Notes under the pieces: generated by a model
What the model was told of the DNA's origin: nothing
The model's input: the letters and a program-made list of their open reading frames with translations, nothing else
Databases searched by the model: none
Shown: piece by piece, positions 1-8,959 of the stretch
Position numbering within the stretch: position 1 is the first letter of the stretch
How the letters are laid out: each line of letters begins with the position of its first letter
Source: an uncultured Planctomycetia bacterium
GTDB taxonomy: Bacteria > Omnitrophota > Gorgyraeia > Duberdicusellales > CBEUCJ01
Direction of reading: 5' to 3'
DNA length: 27,082 nucleotides
Assembly (NCBI GenBank): GCA_964397495.1
Contig: CAYNIO010000001.1
Coordinates: 1-27,082, forward strand
Program-made: the position numbers and the translations under genes

Positions 1-576
1 CAGAGCAATCTCCCTGGCTATGCGGGCAACATTCAAAGAATGAGAATGAGTGTAGTGGTCGCGTGAATCAAGAGCCTGGGCTAAAGCCCTTATAGTCTGA
101 AGATATGTATTGTGTAAATCAGAATACAATTCCTTAAGGTGTTTTGTACTTACTTCAAGCCTCTTGCTCAATATATTTTTCTGCTTCTTAAGACTTTCTA
201 ATTTTTCCTGAAGAAACGACTCTAAACGAAATAACTTCTTGTTGAGTTCTGAAAGGGCTAAAGCCTTCTTTATCTTAAAATATACCTCCTGTTCCTTAAG
301 AGGCTTGACTAAATACTCTAAAAAACCCAACTCCAGAACCTTATTTATAATCTCAGAATTTATTATATCTAGGCAGGCTACTAAAACCACGCCGGGAAAC
401 CTAAATTTCAGGAGTTCTAAGTCCGCCTTCTTCAAACCCTGATTTAGACCGCAGATTATAACCTCGTAATGGCCGGTTCTCTCCAGGGGAGAAGTGGAGA
501 TATCAAAACTCTCGAGAATGCTCTTCAAGATATCTTCGTCTAAAGGTTTAAGGTTGTAAAAACCTATCTTAGCCAT
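1..576 (-). CDS. Atypical receiver (REC-like) domain + coiled coil + HD-GYP-type phosphodiesterase domain; 3' end lies outside the window
   Basis: Not in the ORF track; translated by hand from ATG at 576, one base after the upstream TAG. The frame is open for 192 codons to base 1: MAKIGFYNLKPLDEDILKSILESFD...YEVIICGLNQ...LEYLVKPLKEQEVYFKIKKAL...TYLQTIRALAQALDSRDHYTHSHSLNVARIAREIAL. ALAxALDxRDxYTxxHSxxV is the typical start of an HD-GYP domain, and YLVKP matches the receiver-domain KP motif. The HD and GYP motifs themselves would lie beyond the window. Confidence 0.85.
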   Translation of the reverse strand, partial: MAKIGFYNLKPLDEDILKSILESFDISTSPLERTGHYEVIICGLNQGLKKADLELLKFRFPGVVLVACLDIINSEIINKVLELGFLEYLVKPLKEQEVYFKIKKALALSELNKKLFRLESFLQEKLESLKKQKNILSKRLEVSTKHLKELYSDLHNTYLQTIRALAQALDSRDHYTHSHSLNVARIAREIAL

Positions 577-577
577 A

Positions 578-2275
578 CTATTCCTCAGTAGTTATCCTTA
601 CTACTTCCTCTAAAGTAGTAATTCCCTCAAAACATTTTTTTAGAGCGTCGTCTCTCAAAAGTTTCATACCTTTCCTTTCGACAGCGTAATTCCTTACATC
701 GTCGGAAGAAGCACCCTTTATAATCATCTCCCGAATGTGGTCGTCTATCTCCAGGCATTCTAAAAGCGGGACCCTGCCATGATAACCAGTCATATTGCAA
801 TACTCACACCCCTTGCCACAATAGAAAACCTGATTCTTAGGAAGGTCTCTTATGTCTAACCTTTTTAAAACTAAATCTGAGACCTTGTAAGGCTGTTTGC
901 ACTTGGGGCATATCTTCCTTGCTAACCGCTGGGCCGTAACCAGGATTAATGAAGACGCCACCAAAAATGGCTCTATACCCATATCTTCCAATCTGGTTAT
1001 GGCCCCACAGGAATCGTTGGTGTGGAGTGTAGAAAGAATTAAAGTGCCTGTAAGCGAAGCTTTGATAGCGATATCTGCAGTTTCTGAATCCCTTATCTCC
1101 CCCACAAGAATAATATCTGGGCTCTGCCTCAATACTGCCCTTAAACCCTGGGCAAAGGTAAGACCGATTTCAGGCTTTACCTGAATCTGAGTTATACCTT
1201 CTATCTGGTACTCCACAGGATCCTCAATGGTAATAATATTGCGGTCCGGGGTATTCAACTGCTGAATTATAGAATAAAGAGTGGTGGATTTCCCGCTGCC
1301 GGTGGGGCCGGTAACTAAAATTATCCCATAAGGCTTCTTGATAGCCTCTTGAAAGATGCTCAAAGGCTCAGGGGAAAAACCTAACTTGTCTAAACCTATG
1401 GAAAGATTGCCTTTGTCTAAAGCGCGCAATACGAATTTTTCTCCAAATATAGAAGGGAGGCTTGAAACCCTGAAGTCAACCTCTCTATTCTCCATTTTTA
1501 CCTTAAACCTTCCATCCTGAGGTATGCGGCTCTCTGTAATATCTAAACCAGACATAATTTTAAGGCGGGCAATGACTGCATTTTGATTGCTTTTGGGAAG
1601 GTTGTAAGCTTGATGCAAAGCCCCATCTATCCTGTAGCGCACAATTAAAGAATCTTCTTTAGGCTCAATATGGATATCAGAAACCCTCCTGCGTAACCCC
1701 TCGTAAAGTATCAAATCCACCAGTTTAACAATAGGCGCCCTCTCACTTTCCTTTATAGCTTCAAATACATCGAGTTCTTCAGCCTCTACCACCTCTACCC
1801 CAGAGTCTTGAGAACCCAAGCCCTTGATAATCTCTGAAAAGGGAGTATCTTGGGCAGAGTATAACTTGCTTAAGAAACTCTGAATATCAGACGAGGGAGC
1901 AAGGACAAACTCTACCCTTCTTCCGGTAGATATATAAAGGTCGTCTATAGTCTGGATATCAAAAGGATTTGAAGTTGCTACCATTATCAAATCTTTATCT
2001 AATTTAAGAGGGCAGATATTATGCTTAAAAGCAAGTTCGGAAGGAAAGATATCCTTTAATTCCGGAGAAACTTCCAAATCCCTTAAATCTACATAACTAA
2101 ACCCAAAAACTTCCGCTACTATCTTCAGAAAATCCTCTTCAGAAAACAAACCTTCCTTCACCAAGGCCTGCTTAAGGTCTCGATAGGAATAAATCTTGTC
2201 TATAAGTTCTATCTTCCTGGATTCCACTCCTTTATCCTGAAGAATTTTCTTAATCTTTTCCTTTAATTTATTCAT
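578..2275 (-). CDS. pilB: Type IV pilus / type II secretion assembly ATPase (PilB/GspE family), copy 2
   Basis: SDIHIEP, PQDGRF, Walker A GPTGSGKST, TIEDPVEY, Walker B PDIILVGEIRD, His box STLHTND, zinc motif CPKC...CEYC, GYHGR. Start overlaps the upstream stop (ATGA). Confidence 0.93.
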   Translation of the reverse strand: MNKLKEKIKKILQDKGVESRKIELIDKIYSYRDLKQALVKEGLFSEEDFLKIVAEVFGFSYVDLRDLEVSPELKDIFPSELAFKHNICPLKLDKDLIMVATSNPFDIQTIDDLYISTGRRVEFVLAPSSDIQSFLSKLYSAQDTPFSEIIKGLGSQDSGVEVVEAEELDVFEAIKESERAPIVKLVDLILYEGLRRRVSDIHIEPKEDSLIVRYRIDGALHQAYNLPKSNQNAVIARLKIMSGLDITESRIPQDGRFKVKMENREVDFRVSSLPSIFGEKFVLRALDKGNLSIGLDKLGFSPEPLSIFQEAIKKPYGIILVTGPTGSGKSTTLYSIIQQLNTPDRNIITIEDPVEYQIEGITQIQVKPEIGLTFAQGLRAVLRQSPDIILVGEIRDSETADIAIKASLTGTLILSTLHTNDSCGAITRLEDMGIEPFLVASSLILVTAQRLARKICPKCKQPYKVSDLVLKRLDIRDLPKNQVFYCGKGCEYCNMTGYHGRVPLLECLEIDDHIREMIIKGASSDDVRNYAVERKGMKLLRDDALKKCFEGITTLEEVVRITTEE

Positions 2276-3978
2276 AATGGTTCATCAGGGGCAGTACTTT
2301 TTACTACCTCATCTAAAGACGTTATGCCCTTAACCACTTTGAGCAATCCGTCCTCCCTGAGGGTACGCATCCCTTCAAGCCGGCCTTGTTTTTTTATCTC
2401 ATATTCCTGGGCTCCTTTTAGGACCAGTTTTTTTATCTGGGGAGACAAAAAAAGAACCTCGCATATTCCAATCCTCCCCCTGTAGCCTGTATTCAAACAA
2501 TACCTGCACCCCTTTGGCCTGAAAACCTTCAAGTTATGATTTCTAGATTCCTTAAAACCTAAGCGGGAAACAATATCTGGGGAGAGCACATATTCTTCCT
2601 TGCAATGTTCGCACAATCTCCTCACCAGACGCTGGGCTAAAACCCCCACCAGAGTAGAAGTCAGAAGATAAGACTCCGCCCCCATGTTCACCAATCTTAT
2701 TATCGCTCCTGGAGCGGTGGTAGTGTGGATTGTAGAAAGCAAAAGATGGCCTGTTAAAGCAGCCTTTATAGAAATGTCCAGAGTATCGTAATCTCTTATT
2801 TCTCCTACCATAATGATGTCTGGGTCCTGCCTCAATATAGAACGCAGGGCACTGGCGAAGGTTAACCCTACCTCTGTATTTACATTCACTTGAGTCACCG
2901 TATCTATCTGGTATTCTACCGGGTCCTCAACAGTTATGAGATTTTTCTCGGGGTCGTCTACAAATTTAAGTATGGAATAAAGGGATGTGGTCTTGCCGCT
3001 CCCTGAAGGGCCACAGACAAGTATCATGCCGTGGGGCCGGGAAGCACATTTTTTTATCACCTCTAAAGAATCGTCCTCAAATCCTAAGCGGTCTAAATCT
3101 AGAAGGGCCTGTGACCTGTCCAGAATTCTTAGGGCTACCTTCTCTCCGAAACTTGAAGGTATGCAGGAAACTCTAAAATCTACAATCCTGCCCGAAATTC
3201 TTGCTTTGAACCTTCCATCTTGGGGGAGGCGGTGCTCAGCAATATCTAAATTAGAAAGAACCTTGATACGGGTTACCATATAAGGATGGGTAGCCTTGGG
3301 AGGAGATTCCACCTCCTGCAATACCCCATCTATCCTGAATCTTATCCTTAATCTTTTTTCTAAGGGCTCAATGAGTATGTCTGATGCGCGGGAATCCACT
3401 GCCCTCTTTAGAAGGCTGTCTGTGAATTTAACAATCGGCGCTTCCTCTACAGTCCTTTCTATAACCTCATTTTTTCCTCCAGAAACAATTTCCAAATCTG
3501 GCTTGGAAATATTATCTATAAGATTCTCTATAATCTGACCTGTTTTCTGCTCATAAAGGGTAGATATTTTCTCCTTTATTTCATCAGAACTTGAGATGAT
3601 AGGATTTATCTCAAGGCCTGTAATTTGCCTGAGGTCATCTAAAGCAAATATATTCAAAGGGTCAGAGGTTGCCACAGTAAGGGTTCTGCCAATCTTCGCC
3701 AGAGGAAGAATCTCGTATTTTTTAATAAAGTCAACGGGTATTATCTTAGAAAGGCTGTCATCTATCTTAAAACGGGAAATCTTTAAAAGAGGTATGCCCA
3801 AACCATAACTTAAAGCCAACATAAGGTCTTTTTCGTGAATTAACCCCATCTTCACCAAGATGTGCGAAAGGGAGCCCCCATTCTCCTTCTGGAATCTCAA
3901 AGCATTTTCTAAGTCTTGCACAGAGACCAACTTGTTTTCTACCAAAAAATTCTTCAACTTCTCCTGAAGGGGAATCAT
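2272..3978 (-). CDS. pilB: Type IV pilus / type II secretion assembly ATPase (PilB/GspE family), copy 1
   Basis: SDILIEP, PQDGRF, Walker A GPSGSGKTT, TVEDPVEY, Walker B PDIIMVGEIRD, STIHTTT, CEHC...CRYC, GYRGR. Start overlaps the upstream stop (ATGA). Confidence 0.93.
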   Translation of the reverse strand: MIPLQEKLKNFLVENKLVSVQDLENALRFQKENGGSLSHILVKMGLIHEKDLMLALSYGLGIPLLKISRFKIDDSLSKIIPVDFIKKYEILPLAKIGRTLTVATSDPLNIFALDDLRQITGLEINPIISSSDEIKEKISTLYEQKTGQIIENLIDNISKPDLEIVSGGKNEVIERTVEEAPIVKFTDSLLKRAVDSRASDILIEPLEKRLRIRFRIDGVLQEVESPPKATHPYMVTRIKVLSNLDIAEHRLPQDGRFKARISGRIVDFRVSCIPSSFGEKVALRILDRSQALLDLDRLGFEDDSLEVIKKCASRPHGMILVCGPSGSGKTTSLYSILKFVDDPEKNLITVEDPVEYQIDTVTQVNVNTEVGLTFASALRSILRQDPDIIMVGEIRDYDTLDISIKAALTGHLLLSTIHTTTAPGAIIRLVNMGAESYLLTSTLVGVLAQRLVRRLCEHCKEEYVLSPDIVSRLGFKESRNHNLKVFRPKGCRYCLNTGYRGRIGICEVLFLSPQIKKLVLKGAQEYEIKKQGRLEGMRTLREDGLLKVVKGITSLDEVVKSTAPDEPL

Positions 3979-4448
3979 CTTTTTGCTTCCAGGGATTCTT
4001 TGCCTTGAGGAAAATACTTCTCCAGGGCCCTTCTATACTCTGATTCTGTGCAGATAAATATTTGCAAGTCCAAACCTGTTTCTTCTTCAACCCTCCCTAA
4101 ACTCTCCCTGTCCAAAGGGTCAGGGGTAGCACAGATAAGAATTTTTCCCACTATATCTATAGGAATTACTTTGTATTTGTAAGGAAGGTGGTAAGGAAAT
4201 TCTTTAACCACCCTCTCTTCAATCTCATAATTATCTAAAGGCAAGTAAGGGAAGCCGTACTGCAGAGAAATAGCGTATACAATATCTTCCTCCTTAATAA
4301 AACCTAAGGAGACTAAAATTTTGCCAATAGGGTCCTTGCTCTGTTTTTGGACCTGGAGGGCTTCTCTTACCTGCTCTTTTTTCAGTACCCCAGCCTCTAC
4401 AAGAATCTCTCCCAGCGGTTTCTCTATAACCTTTTTTATAAAAACCAT
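3975..4448 (-). CDS. Stand-alone MshEN / GspE N-terminal domain protein (candidate c-di-GMP receptor)
   Basis: Two 24-residue MshEN-type motifs separated by 5 residues (PLGEILVEAGVLKKEQVREALQVQ-KQSKD-PIGKILVSLGFIKEEDIVYAISLQ), then a GspE-N-like region (YGFPYL...VIPI...ATPDPLD). No ATPase domain. ATG at 4448 is preferred over the track's TTG at 4451. Confidence 0.85.
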   Translation of the reverse strand: MVFIKKVIEKPLGEILVEAGVLKKEQVREALQVQKQSKDPIGKILVSLGFIKEEDIVYAISLQYGFPYLPLDNYEIEERVVKEFPYHLPYKYKVIPIDIVGKILICATPDPLDRESLGRVEEETGLDLQIFICTESEYRRALEKYFPQGKESLEAKR

Positions 4449-4456
4449 CAATTAAA

Positions 4457-4485
4457 AATATAAATGATATTTAAGTTTATGTCAA
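4457..4485 (-). promoter_or_regulatory. Sigma70-type promoter for the MshEN-pilB-pilB-HD-GYP operon
   Basis: Minus strand TTGACA (4485-4480), 17-nt spacer, TATATT (4462-4457), in a 62-bp intergenic gap. The -10 box ends 8 nt before ATG 4448. Confidence 0.75.
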
Positions 4486-4513
4486 TTAAACTCTTGCATA
4501 AATTTATTGCGCA

Positions 4514-6178
4514 TCAATGGGGGGCGAATATTACATGGCTCCATGGCAGGCTGTCACCCTGAGATTTGCTCTGAATATATTCTTCTGGAGGAAGGGAATG
4601 TTTCTTGCAGACACTCAACAAGTCTTTATGTTCCTGCAAGGTGAAAGAAAAATTACGCAGCGGTCCTTTATTTGCGTAAACTTCTACTAAAAAGGGAGCA
4701 ACCCTGCGGTCTGAACGGGAAAGAAACGCTTCCCAAAAACTTTTATAGGGATTGTGAAAATCCCAAACGATATTCTTGAAAACTTTGAGGTTATTTTTAA
4801 AGAAATGGTGTTTGCGCAATAAAGAATCTATGGAATCTAAAGAGACGTTCTCTAAAGGGGTGAAGGGCTTGGGTATAAAATTAGAAAAACTAAGGTGTAG
4901 TTTAAAGTTCTTTCCTTTAATAAGGCGCCCCAAAGAAACAATAAAATCAAGCGTTTGGATAAGGTCATCGTCTTCTTCTTGAGGCAGGCCTAAAATAAAA
5001 TAAAGCTTAAGGGTGCGGTATCTGTAATCCAGGGCAAATCTCAAAACTTCTCTAATCTGACCCAAAGGTATCACCTTGTCTATTAACTTGGCAAGGCGTA
5101 AGGAACAGGTTTCTGGAGCCAGGGTAAGGGATGTCCTTTTTATGCGAGAAATTTTTTTTCCAAGACTGCCCAAGATTTGAGAAACCCTCAGCGAAGGCAG
5201 GCTTATACTGACACCTTTGTCTTTAAACATATCTGTAAGGGAATCTATTATCTGTTCTATGCAGGGGTGGTCTCCTGAAGACAAAGACAATAGGGCAATC
5301 TCTTCATACCCTGTAGCACGAAATAATCTTGAGGCTAAATCAATGATTTTCTCTTTGCTTCTTAACCGCCAGGGAAAATATTGACTTCTAGCCTGACAAA
5401 ATTTGCATCGGTGAGGACAACCTCTCATAATCTCTAAAGAGATTCTGTCGTGGACTATCTCTATATAGGGAACTAACCAATCCTCAGGGAAAAAACAATT
5501 ATCTAAATCCTGAACCGCAGCCTTTTTAATAGAGGAAGGTACATACCTTGCGGACCTCTCCAGCCCTTTAAATCTCCCTCCCTGGTAAAGAGGCTGGTAG
5601 AAACTGGGGATATATACGCCCTCTATTTGAGATAGCCTAAGCAGAAGTTCCTCCTTGGAACTCTTCCTTAAATCTTTCTTTAGGACTTCTGTTATGTGCC
5701 TTAGGCTTTTTTCAGCCTCTCCTATAAAAACGACGTCTGCAAAATCTGCTACAAATTCAGGGTTGGCAATACCCCCTACCATCACCAGAGGAAACCCACG
5801 TCTTTCAGCACTCAGAAGAGGAATTCCTGAAAGTTTAAGGATGTGCAATAAGTTAAATACGTTTAATTCATAATTTAAGGTAAACCCTAGAACATCAAAA
5901 TCCTTTAAAGGAATTCTACCCTTAAGAGAGCGCAAAGGACCTGTTTTTAAGAAAATATCCTAATAATCCTGATAAGGCAGGAAACACCTGTCTACAAAAA
6001 CACCTTCTGCTGTCTGTAGCAAACCATAAACTATCCTAAAACCTAAATTGCTCATTCCCAATTCATAACTCTCAGGAAAACACAAACAGACCTTAAGAGC
6101 GTTGGAATTTAGGGTTCTGCCTTTATCATTCCACTCGTGATTTATATAACGGGCAGGTTTGGATACCTTGACAAGCAT
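4514..6178 (-). pseudogene. TIGR03960-like radical SAM protein interrupted by one in-frame TAG (5960-5962); pseudogene, sequence error or readthrough
   Basis: Track ORFs 5960..6178 and 4514..5935 are in the same frame: ...RCFLPYQDY*DIFLKTGPLRSLKGRIPLKDFDVLGFTLNYELN. The N-terminus has family-like motifs KPARY, FPESYELGMSNLG; downstream are RGCPHRCKFC (CxxxCxxC), SLPSLR, LTLAPE, KLYFILGLP, FIPKPFTP and LPWSHV. The start overlaps the rodA stop (TGATG). Location after rodA fits this family. Confidence 0.8.
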
Positions 6179-7263
6179 CAGCGTCCTTTAAGGGAAAAGA
6201 GAGAACCCAGAAGAAAAAAATCTAAGATGGTATGGGTGCCTCCATAGGTGAGGAAAGGCAAAGGCAGGCCCACCACAGGAAGCAGGCCTAGATTCATCCC
6301 TATATTTATGAATATATGCAAGAGAAAATAGAAAAATACTGCCTGAGCATAGATCTTGTCAAAATTGGTAATGGCTTGGGAACGTTTATAAAGAATAAAT
6401 TTTAAAATAAAGAAATAAAGCAACAATAAGAACACACACCCCACAAAACCCCATTCTTCAGCGTAAACACTAAAAATAAAGTCAGTATGCCTTTCAGGCA
6501 AAAAATTAAATTGGCTCTGGGTACCGCTCATAAAACCCTTTCCTGCAACTCCCCCTGAACCAATAGCAATCTTGGCCTGAATGATGGTGTAACCTGCCCC
6601 AAAAGGGTCTTCTTGAGGGTTGAGGAATATAAGGAGGCGTTTCTTTTGATAATCCTTTAAATGGGGGAAAAGCAGAGGAGAGGCAAGAATACCCAGCATT
6701 ATAAAATAAAGTATGTATTTTTTCTTAAGAGGAAGAAAAAAATACATACATATAAATATCAAAATATAAAATATAGCTGTGCCTAAATCCGGTTCAAGAA
6801 ACACTAGAAATGCTGGAACTGCTGTAAGAATAAGAGGAGCAAGAAATTCGTACCAGAAAACCCTCGGCCAAGACATAAAGAAGGATATCCCCTGAAAATA
6901 TCTATGCCACCAGAAAGCAAGGATTGCCAGAATAGCGAACTTCATTATCTCTGAAGGCTGAAAAGAAAAACCCCCTAGGCCCAGCCACCTCTGGGAACCT
7001 CCCACTTCCTTCCCCAGGATTAAAACCCCAAAAAGAAGCATCAATCCCCCCAAGTAAAGGGCACCTGCCAATTCATAAAGGGGGAGCCTAAATTTCAACA
7101 ATATTAAAAATATTACCCAACCTAACCCGAGCCAGATGGTATGCTTAAAAAGAATGCCTTTATATAAAATATTCCCTGCATAGGAGACAGCACTCATCAG
7201 GTTAAGGATGCTCAAGAAACTTATAATAACTAATGAAGAGATAAGAGTATCTTTATTCTTCAT
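6178..7263 (-). CDS. rodA: Rod shape-determining protein RodA (SEDS glycosyltransferase)
   Basis: Multi-TM protein with GSQRW, FQPSE, EPDLGTA, AIGSGG, LPERHTDFIF, LPFLTYGG; directly follows mrdA. Confidence 0.95.
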   Translation of the reverse strand: MKNKDTLISSLVIISFLSILNLMSAVSYAGNILYKGILFKHTIWLGLGWVIFLILLKFRLPLYELAGALYLGGLMLLFGVLILGKEVGGSQRWLGLGGFSFQPSEIMKFAILAILAFWWHRYFQGISFFMSWPRVFWYEFLAPLILTAVPAFLVFLEPDLGTAIFYILIFICMYFFLPLKKKYILYFIMLGILASPLLFPHLKDYQKKRLLIFLNPQEDPFGAGYTIIQAKIAIGSGGVAGKGFMSGTQSQFNFLPERHTDFIFSVYAEEWGFVGCVFLLLLYFFILKFILYKRSQAITNFDKIYAQAVFFYFLLHIFINIGMNLGLLPVVGLPLPFLTYGGTHTILDFFLLGSLFSLKGR

Positions 7264-8959
7264 CCAGCAACCCCTCTTCTCTAAGAGACTTTAAAAAACT
7301 ATGGGCTGTTTTGCAAGCAAAGAAACTTGAGCCTCCGTGTTCAAGAAACACCACAAATACGTACCTGGGCTTCTTGTAAGGAAAAAAACCTGCAACCCAG
7401 GAATGAGGCGCTCTGTTAGTTTGAGCAGTCCCTGTCTTAGCGCATATCTTCAACTTTAAATCTTCGAGGATATGGGCAGTCCCTCCTTTGTCTCTCACCG
7501 CTCTTCTCATACCATCCCTTACCGTATCCAGATTAACTCTCGAGGCCTCAAGCGTCTCCTGCTGGGAAGGCTCTATGTCTAATGTCCCAATTCTCCTTAT
7601 TATATAAGGCTTGCTAAATCTACCCTGAGCCAATGAGGAAACCATTCTGTAGACCTGCAGGGGTGTAGTTAAAACCCAGCCCTGGCCTATGCTGAGATTG
7701 CAGGTATCTCCCTTAGTCCAACTCCTCCTTAAGGAAAACTGCTTCCATTCCGGGCTGGGCAAGAACCCTGCAGAAGAAGGGAAATACGAAAATACTCTCC
7801 TGCCTAATCCTAACATATGCGCATATTTTAAAATTCTTTGAGGCCCCAGGAGTAAACCCACGTTGTAGAAAAAAACATTACAGGAATTCTTTAAAGCCTC
7901 CCTCACATCCTGAAGACCATGCCTCATCCAACATTTAAAGGTCTGTTGCCCCACAAGAAACTCACCCGGGCAGAAAAACTGTGTTTTATCTGTAATTACT
8001 GACTCTTCTAAACCTGCGGTAGCCACCACCAACTTAAATATTGAACCAGGAGGATACCTCCCCTGCAGTGCCCTGTTATAAAGAGGGGCGTCCAGACTTC
8101 TCAGAACCTTATTTATATAAGAAGAATTTCTTTGTGTAAATTTCTGGGAGTCGAATCCAGGAAAAGAAACTAAAGCTAAAATCTCTCCCTGGGGCCTGCC
8201 AAAGATTATACAACCCTTTTTTCCTTTGAGGGCTTGGAAAGCCAACCTCTGAATATCTACATTTAAGGTAAGTTCGATGTCATTCCCCTTCAGAGGATAC
8301 TTTACCTGCAGCGTCCTGATTTTGTGCGAAGAAGCGTCCACTATAATTATGCGGCCTCCGTCCTTGCCCCTCAAATATTCATCGTAGTATTTTTCTAATC
8401 CCAAATGCCCAATTCTGCGAGGAGGGCTAAGGCCGTATTTCTTAAACAAGAAATATTCCTCCTTGGTAGTATAACCTACATATCCTACCAAATTAGAGAA
8501 TTCATAAGGATAGTGATAGTAACGCCTGAACCTGCGTATAATACCCAAACCCTTAATCCTATAAAGATTTCTTTTTATCTCCTGCAACTCTTTCCTTGAG
8601 AGTTCGTCTTTAAGGACTACGGGCAGAAAACGGGAGACAAAATTCCTTTTGTAGAGCCTTTTCAAAGAAAAGGCGTCAACCTCTAAAAGCAAGGAAACCT
8701 CTTTAAAGAAATACTGAAGATTTTTTACCTCCTGGGGATAAACTACACAGGAATAAATCTGGACATCTTCAGCGATGGGGCGGTTGTGACGATCAAGAAT
8801 TCTTCCCCGCTTCGCAGGCAGGGAAACTACCTTAAGATAATTCCCTGAAGATATAACCCGGTAATAATTAAAATCTTTTACCTGTAAAGACCAGAGGCCA
8901 GCGATTATTGCCAGGAATACAAAAAAACATATAATCCAGAGTCTTCTCTCAACGGACAT
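7253..8959 (-). CDS. mrdA: Penicillin-binding protein 2 (class B PBP)
   Basis: N-terminal TM anchor, RGRILDR, transpeptidase motifs SxxK (PGSIFK), SxN (SCN) and KTG (AKTGT); lies between mreB and rodA. Confidence 0.93.
   Translation of the reverse strand: MSVERRLWIICFFVFLAIIAGLWSLQVKDFNYYRVISSGNYLKVVSLPAKRGRILDRHNRPIAEDVQIYSCVVYPQEVKNLQYFFKEVSLLLEVDAFSLKRLYKRNFVSRFLPVVLKDELSRKELQEIKRNLYRIKGLGIIRRFRRYYHYPYEFSNLVGYVGYTTKEEYFLFKKYGLSPPRRIGHLGLEKYYDEYLRGKDGGRIIIVDASSHKIRTLQVKYPLKGNDIELTLNVDIQRLAFQALKGKKGCIIFGRPQGEILALVSFPGFDSQKFTQRNSSYINKVLRSLDAPLYNRALQGRYPPGSIFKLVVATAGLEESVITDKTQFFCPGEFLVGQQTFKCWMRHGLQDVREALKNSCNVFFYNVGLLLGPQRILKYAHMLGLGRRVFSYFPSSAGFLPSPEWKQFSLRRSWTKGDTCNLSIGQGWVLTTPLQVYRMVSSLAQGRFSKPYIIRRIGTLDIEPSQQETLEASRVNLDTVRDGMRRAVRDKGGTAHILEDLKLKICAKTGTAQTNRAPHSWVAGFFPYKKPRYVFVVFLEHGGSSFFACKTAHSFLKSLREEGLLDEE

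Noticed and set aside
3767-4090. 107-aa minus-strand ORF overlapping the MshEN gene and pilB copy 1
   Set aside because: Alternative frame lying entirely within two supported genes; no motif or start signal.
4514-5935. Treating the 473-aa and 72-aa track ORFs as two separate genes
   Set aside because: They are in the same frame and together rebuild one radical SAM family protein; the TTG at 5935 has no SD and falls mid-domain.
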